Positions 27,341 to 32,000 of a stretch of 32,000 bases of DNA are shown here, in pieces (the first letter of the stretch is position 1; the number at the start of each line of letters is the position of its first letter). The notes under the pieces were generated by a model, which was given only the letters and a program-made list of their open reading frames with translations, was not told where the DNA came from and did not search any database. The stretch is from Mycobacterium tuberculosis H37Rv (lineage in GTDB: Bacteria > Actinomycetota > Actinomycetes > Mycobacteriales > Mycobacteriaceae), in the NCBI RefSeq assembly GCF_000195955.2, contig NC_000962.3, positions 1,380,001-1,412,000 of the forward strand, in the 5' to 3' direction. Position numbers and translations under genes: made by a program.

Positions 27341-28238
27341 GAATATCGCGGCTGAATCTAGCGCCAAACCGGTATGGGGGCCACCGAATTTCTGCGCTGC
27401 CGCAGCCCGGATGCAGGATGTTCGTGTGCTCATGCATCCGAAGACCGGCCGGGCGTTCAGGTCCCCGGTAGAGCCCGGTTCCGGCTGGCCAGGTGATCCG
27501 GCGACACCGCAGACCCCGGTGGCTGCCGATGCCGCGCAGGTGTCAGCGCTGGCCGGGGGCGCTGGCTCGATCTGCGAACTCAACGCGCTGATCAGCGTGT
27601 GCCGGGCGTGTCCCCGGCTGGTCAGTTGGCGTGAGGAGGTCGCCGTCGTCAAGCGCCGTGCCTTCGCCGACCAGCCCTACTGGGGGCGCCCGGTGCCGGG
27701 GTGGGGGTCGAAGCGGCCGCGGTTGCTGATCCTCGGGCTGGCGCCCGCCGCGCACGGGGCCAACCGGACCGGACGAATGTTCACCGGCGATCGGTCGGGA
27801 GATCAGCTTTATGCAGCACTGCATAGGGCCGGCCTGGTGAACTCACCGGTCAGCGTCGACGCCGCGGACGGGCTGCGGGCCAACCGGATTCGGATCACCG
27901 CACCGGTGCGGTGTGCGCCCCCGGGCAACTCGCCGACACCGGCCGAGCGGCTGACATGCTCACCCTGGCTAAATGCGGAATGGCGGCTGGTGTCCGATCA
28001 CATCCGTGCGATCGTCGCCCTCGGCGGGTTCGCCTGGCAGGTCGCGTTGCGCCTGGCGGGCGCGTCGGGGACACCCAAGCCGCGGTTCGGCCACGGCGTC
28101 GTTACCGAGCTGGGAGCCGGTGTGCGGCTACTGGGCTGCTACCACCCGAGCCAGCAGAATATGTTCACCGGTAGGTTGACTCCTACGATGCTCGACGACA
28201 TTTTCCGTGAGGCCAAGAAGCTGGCCGGGATTGAGTGA
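27339..28238 (+). CDS. udgB: Family-5 uracil-DNA glycosylase UdgB with a 4Fe-4S cluster (Rv1259); the start codon is uncertain
   Basis: The UDG core contains a CRAC Cys pair, the family-5 motif [31 protein letters not shown] and the HPS motif. ATG 27339 gives 299 aa but overlaps the tap start. In-frame ATGs at 27411 and 27432 are alternatives. The 3' end is firm. Confidence 0.8.
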
Positions 28239-28239
28239 C

Positions 28240-29358
28240 GTGAAGACGGTTGTGGTTTCCGGCGCCAGTGTGGCCGGTACGGCGGCGGCGTACTGGCTTG
28301 GGCGGCACGGCTATTCGGTAACGATGGTGGAGCGCCATCCCGGGCTGCGACCAGGGGGGCAGGCTATTGATGTCCGAGGTCCGGCGCTGGATGTGTTGGA
28401 ACGTATGGGGTTACTGGCAGCCGCCCAGGAACACAAGACGAGGATTCGGGGCGCCTCCTTCGTCGATCGTGACGGCAATGAGCTGTTCCGGGACACCGAA
28501 TCGACGCCCACCGGCGGTCCAGTCAACAGTCCCGATATCGAGCTGCTACGTGACGATCTTGTCGAATTGCTCTACGGGGCAACTCAACCCAGCGTTGAAT
28601 ACCTGTTCGACGACAGCATTTCCACATTGCAGGACGACGGCGACTCGGTGCGGGTGACCTTTGAGCGCGCGGCGGCCCGCGAGTTCGACCTCGTTATCGG
28701 TGCCGACGGACTGCATTCCAACGTGCGCAGGTTGGTTTTCGGTCCGGAGGAGCAGTTTGTCAAGCGATTAGGAACTCACGCGGCGATTTTTACCGTGCCC
28801 AACTTCCTGGAGTTGGACTACTGGCAGACCTGGCATTACGGTGACTCCACCATGGCTGGCGTTTACAGTGCGCGCAACAACACCGAAGCCCGCGCTGCAC
28901 TAGCCTTCATGGACACCGAACTGCGGATCGACTACCGCGACACCGAAGCTCAGTTCGCCGAACTGCAACGTCGGATGGCCGAGGACGGCTGGGTGCGCGC
29001 GCAACTGCTGCACTACATGCGCAGCGCACCGGATTTCTATTTCGACGAAATGTCGCAGATCCTGATGGATCGCTGGTCGCGGGGCAGGGTAGCGCTCGTT
29101 GGCGACGCTGGTTATTGCTGCTCGCCCTTGTCGGGGCAGGGGACCAGCGTCGCCCTGCTGGGTGCCTACATCCTGGCCGGCGAACTCAAGGCGGCCGGTG
29201 ACGACTACCAACTCGGATTCGCCAATTACCACGCCGAATTTCACGGCTTTGTCGAGCGCAACCAATGGTTGGTCAGCGACAACATCCCCGGTGGTGCGCC
29301 GATACCGCAGGAGGAGTTCGAACGAATCGTGCATTCCATCACGATCAAGGACTACTGA
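28240..29358 (+). CDS. Class A FAD-dependent monooxygenase (Rv1260)
   Basis: It carries the three class A fingerprints: the N-terminal dinucleotide fold VVVSGASVAGTAAAYWL, the DG motif VIGADGLHSNVRR, and the GD motif GDAGYCCSPLSGQGTSVAL. GTG 28240 places the Rossmann strand at the N-terminus, 1 nt after the udgB stop. Confidence 0.85.
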   Translation: MKTVVVSGASVAGTAAAYWLGRHGYSVTMVERHPGLRPGGQAIDVRGPALDVLERMGLLAAAQEHKTRIRGASFVDRDGNELFRDTESTPTGGPVNSPDIELLRDDLVELLYGATQPSVEYLFDDSISTLQDDGDSVRVTFERAAAREFDLVIGADGLHSNVRRLVFGPEEQFVKRLGTHAAIFTVPNFLELDYWQTWHYGDSTMAGVYSARNNTEARAALAFMDTELRIDYRDTEAQFAELQRRMAEDGWVRAQLLHYMRSAPDFYFDEMSQILMDRWSRGRVALVGDAGYCCSPLSGQGTSVALLGAYILAGELKAAGDDYQLGFANYHAEFHGFVERNQWLVSDNIPGGAPIPQEEFERIVHSITIKDY

Positions 29359-29483
29359 GCGCCTTCACCCGGGCGCAGCCAGGATGGCGCTCGTCGGCCG
29401 CTTCACCGAACCTGAAGATCTGCAGACGAAGTACGAGTAGGGGCCGGCAAATTTACCGGCTCGACGCGCAGAAGCGCCGAGAT

Positions 29484-29933
29484 TTAGCGGCGGGTCAATA
29501 CGACGACCGGGATTGGCCGTGACGTCCGGCTCTGGTAGTTGGTGTATCGGTTGGCGTTGTTCTCGTTGACGATCTGCCAGAGCCGCGCGTAGTCCGGGTC
29601 GTGGGGCTGCACCGGTTTCGCTGTCACACCGAATCGCTTGGGCCCGACGTTGATTTCGACGTCCGGGTTGGCCTTGAGGTTGTGGTACCAACCCGGCGAG
29701 CGGGGATCGCCACCTTTGGACGCCACGATCAGGTACGCGTCGCCGTCGCGAGCATAGGTGAGTGACGTGGTTCGCGGCTGGCTCGTCTTGGCGCCGGTGG
29801 TATGCAGCAGCAAACTCGGTGGCGCGCCGGGGATTCGGTGTCCGATCCGACCGTTAGTGCCTCGGTAGATCGCGTCGTGCAGCCTGAGCAGCTGCACGCC
29901 TACGTGGCGCTCAAGCCATCGGGAAATGTCCAT
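29484..29933 (-). CDS. Deazaflavin (F420)-dependent nitroreductase-family protein, Ddn paralogue / FDOR-A (Rv1261c)
   Basis: 149 aa from ATG 29931-29933. It has a Ddn-family core (TTGAKTSQPRTTSLTYARDGDAYLIVASKGGDPRSPGWYHNLKANP). The start lies 4 nt after the Rv1262c stop. Confidence 0.85.
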   Translation of the reverse strand: MDISRWLERHVGVQLLRLHDAIYRGTNGRIGHRIPGAPPSLLLHTTGAKTSQPRTTSLTYARDGDAYLIVASKGGDPRSPGWYHNLKANPDVEINVGPKRFGVTAKPVQPHDPDYARLWQIVNENNANRYTNYQSRTSRPIPVVVLTRR

Positions 29934-29937
29934 GGGG

Positions 29938-30372
29938 TCAGTCTTGCGCAGCGGCATCCTGTTGCGCCAGCGCCTCCCGCAGGATCCGTCCGGTGGCTTC
30001 CCGGTCCGGGTCGCGGCGCAGCATCATTCCCTTGGCGACCGACAGCTTGTCGCCGTTGCGCGGCGGTAATACGTGCAAGTGAACGTGGAACACCGTCTGA
30101 AAAGCGGCACGGCCGTCGTTGATGGCGATGTGTGTCGCGTCAGCCAACTTCGTGGCGCGGGCCGCCCGCGCGATGCGTTGGCCGATGGCGACCATGTCAG
30201 CCAACGCCTCCGGCGGGGTGTCGGTGAGGTCAACGGTGTGTCGCTTGGGCAGCACCAGCGTGTGGCCGCGGGTGAACGGGCGGATGTCGAGGATCGCGAG
30301 ATAGCCGCCGTCCTCGTAGATCCGGATGGCCGGAGCCTCCCCGGCGATGATCGCACAGAACACGCAGGGCAT
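29938..30372 (-). CDS. HIT-family nucleotide hydrolase/transferase (Rv1262c)
   Basis: 144 aa from ATG 30370-30372 (MPCVFCAIIAGEAP...) with the histidine triad HVHLHVLP. Upstream codons of the longest ORF are not HIT-like. Confidence 0.88.
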   Translation of the reverse strand: MPCVFCAIIAGEAPAIRIYEDGGYLAILDIRPFTRGHTLVLPKRHTVDLTDTPPEALADMVAIGQRIARAARATKLADATHIAINDGRAAFQTVFHVHLHVLPPRNGDKLSVAKGMMLRRDPDREATGRILREALAQQDAAAQD

Positions 30373-30430
30373 GTCGCTACGGTACTGGACCTCTCGGAGA
30401 CCGCCCAAGTGAACGGGATACGCTGCCGCC

Positions 30431-31819
30431 GTGGACCCTACTGACCTGGCCTTCGCCGGTGCCGCGGCACAGGCGCGGATGCTGGCTGACGGTGCACTCA
30501 CCGCGCCGATGCTGCTCGAGGTCTACCTGCAACGAATTGAGCGTCTGGACAGCCACCTGCGCGCCTACCGGGTGGTGCAGTTCGACCGGGCGCGTGCGGA
30601 GGCCGAGGCCGCCCAGCAACGCCTCGACGCCGGTGAGCGGCTGCCGCTCCTGGGCGTGCCGATCGCCATCAAAGATGATGTCGACATCGCCGGGGAGGTG
30701 ACGACATACGGCAGCGCCGGGCACGGTCCGGCCGCGACGTCCGACGCAGAGGTGGTTCGCCGGCTGCGCGCGGCAGGCGCTGTCATCATCGGCAAAACCA
30801 ACGTGCCTGAGTTGATGATCATGCCCTTCACCGAGTCGCTGGCCTTCGGGGCCACCCGGAATCCGTGGTGCCTCAATCGAACCCCTGGCGGCAGCAGCGG
30901 CGGCAGCGCTGCGGCGGTAGCGGCCGGGCTGGCGCCAGTGGCACTGGGATCCGATGGTGGCGGATCGATTCGTATCCCGTGTACCTGGTGCGGTCTGTTT
31001 GGGCTGAAACCACAGCGCGATCGGATTTCCTTGGAGCCGCACGACGGGGCCTGGCAGGGGCTGAGCGTCAATGGCCCGATCGCGCGGTCGGTAATGGACG
31101 CGGCGTTGCTACTGGACGCGACCACAACGGTGCCTGGTCCCGAAGGCGAGTTTGTGGCCGCGGCCGCACGCCAACCCGGCCGGCTGCGAATTGCCTTGAG
31201 CACCAGGGTTCCAACCCCGCTGCCCGTTAGGTGCGGCAAGCAAGAACTGGCAGCCGTCCACCAGGCAGGTGCGTTGCTACGTGATCTGGGCCACGACGTC
31301 GTCGTCCGCGATCCCGACTATCCGGCTTCGACCTATGCCAACTACCTGCCCCGCTTTTTCCGCGGTATCAGCGACGACGCGGACGCGCAGGCGCACCCGG
31401 ACCGCCTCGAAGCACGTACCCGAGCCATAGCGCGTCTAGGGTCGTTCTTCTCCGACCGGCGGATGGCGGCCCTGCGGGCCGCCGAGGTGGTGCTGAGCAG
31501 CCGGATCCAGTCGATCTTCGACGATGTCGACGTAGTTGTGACGCCAGGCGCCGCGACCGGCCCGTCCCGCATCGGCGCCTACCAACGCCGGGGTGCAGTT
31601 TCGACGTTGCTGCTGGTGGTGCAGCGGGTTCCGTACTTTCAAGTCTGGAATCTGACCGGCCAGCCCGCGGCCGTGGTGCCGTGGGACTTCGACGGCGACG
31701 GCCTGCCCATGTCGGTTCAACTCGTCGGCCGGCCGTATGACGAGGCGACGCTGCTGGCACTGGCCGCACAGATCGAATCTGCCAGACCCTGGGCCCATCG
31801 GCGGCCGTCGGTGTCATGA
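30431..31819 (+). CDS. amiB2: Amidase-signature enzyme AmiB2 (Rv1263)
   Basis: 462-aa ORF with GTG start. It has the catalytic Lys region (VPIAIKDDV) and the amidase signature GGSSGGSAAAVAAGLAPVALGSDGGGSIRIP. Confidence 0.93.
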   Translation: MDPTDLAFAGAAAQARMLADGALTAPMLLEVYLQRIERLDSHLRAYRVVQFDRARAEAEAAQQRLDAGERLPLLGVPIAIKDDVDIAGEVTTYGSAGHGPAATSDAEVVRRLRAAGAVIIGKTNVPELMIMPFTESLAFGATRNPWCLNRTPGGSSGGSAAAVAAGLAPVALGSDGGGSIRIPCTWCGLFGLKPQRDRISLEPHDGAWQGLSVNGPIARSVMDAALLLDATTTVPGPEGEFVAAAARQPGRLRIALSTRVPTPLPVRCGKQELAAVHQAGALLRDLGHDVVVRDPDYPASTYANYLPRFFRGISDDADAQAHPDRLEARTRAIARLGSFFSDRRMAALRAAEVVLSSRIQSIFDDVDVVVTPGAATGPSRIGAYQRRGAVSTLLLVVQRVPYFQVWNLTGQPAAVVPWDFDGDGLPMSVQLVGRPYDEATLLALAAQIESARPWAHRRPSVS

Positions 31820-31893
31820 CATTGCAGTCGCCCGCTCGTTTTTCACGTTTTTGCCCGGCCGCAGGACATGTGCGGCGGCGTTAACGTTGACTG

Positions 31894-32000
31894 GTGACAG
31901 ACCACGTGCGCGAGGCGGACGACGCGAACATCGACGATCTGTTGGGCGACCTGGGCGGTACCGCGCGCGCCGAGCGTGCGAAGCTTGTCGAGTGGTTGCT
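31894..32000 (+). CDS. N-terminal 35 codons of the pH-responsive class III adenylyl cyclase Rv1264 (continues past the window end)
   Basis: My translation from GTG 31894 gives (M)[34 protein letters not shown], which matches the Rv1264 N-terminus as I remember it. It is not in the ORF track because it is truncated. Confidence 0.75.
   Translation, partial: MTDHVREADDANIDDLLGDLGGTARAERAKLVEWL

Noticed and set aside
24853-27355. Plus-strand ORFs of 249, 376 and 412 aa antisense to Rv1257c and tap
   Set aside because: They are shadow ORFs. The minus-strand frames carry clear FAD-oxidase and MFS motifs, while the plus-strand translations are low-complexity and Arg/Gly/His-rich.
31837-31876. Tandem CGTTTTT CA CGTTTTT followed by hairpin GCCGCA-N7-TGCGGC downstream of amiB2
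   Set aside because: The T-tracts come before the stem rather than after it, so this is not a canonical terminator. I see no promoter elements positioned for the Rv1264 GTG. It is unusual for this genome, but I cannot assign a function.
31894-32000. Looked for the Mcr11 small RNA that I recall being associated with the Rv1264 neighbourhood
   Set aside because: As I remember it, that sRNA lies downstream of Rv1264, beyond the end of this window. Nothing here can be assigned to it.
1-32000. Scan for mobile elements, tRNA/rRNA genes, MIRU/VNTR-type tandem repeats and prophage genes
   Set aside because: No transposase or integrase-like translation appears in any frame. I noticed no terminal inverted repeats, no tRNA-like cloverleaf regions in the short intergenic gaps, and no tandem repeats outside PE_PGRS23. 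This was by eye only, so short or degenerate elements could have been missed.

Overview
This 32-kb window (high G+C by eye, not computed) reads as an uninterrupted stretch of Mycobacterium tuberculosis-complex chromosome. Gene order, ORF lengths and translated proteins match what I recall of H37Rv Rv1237 (sugB, 3' part) through Rv1264 (5' part). This is recognition from memory plus motifs read in the translations, not a database search. I support 28 protein-coding genes: sugB-sugC (trehalose ABC importer), corA, mdh, vapBC33, PE_PGRS23, lpqZ, an SDR, relBE1, kgd, Rv1249c, MFS Rv1250, the giant nuclease-helicase Rv1251c, lprE, deaD, acyltransferase Rv1254, TetR Rv1255c, cyp130, FAD oxidase Rv1257c, efflux pump tap, udgB, FAD monooxygenase Rv1260, F420-type reductase Rv1261c, HIT protein Rv1262c, amiB2 and the start of adenylyl cyclase Rv1264. 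I saw no rRNA, tRNA, IS element, integrase, prophage or CRISPR array. Many long ORFs in the track are antisense or off-frame shadows typical of GC-rich DNA. For several genes I moved the start downstream of the longest ORF: vapB33, PE_PGRS23, lpqZ, relB, Rv1251c, deaD, Rv1255c, Rv1257c, tap, udgB, Rv1260, Rv1261c and Rv1262c. I do not see a convincing new multi-gene system, because the gene content is contiguous and familiar. The observations most worth a second look are: (1) Rv1251c, a three-module Cas4/Dna2-like Fe-S nuclease, PolB-exo-like module and Upf1-like SF1B helicase, whose function I do not know to have been established. (2) A three-arm, mutually exclusive hairpin built from a 17-bp duplication of the kgd stop region, just upstream of the relBE promoter. 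(3) An AT-rich cluster of GACAT/ATGTC pentamers over the cyp130 start, likely the operator of the co-transcribed TetR Rv1255c. (4) tap and udgB placed head-to-head with start codons sharing a CATG. (5) An accessory-looking islet (two TA modules, PE_PGRS23, an orphan binding lipoprotein) between the TCA genes mdh and kgd. (6) A concentration of drug and xenobiotic-handling genes at 22.8-29.9 kb.
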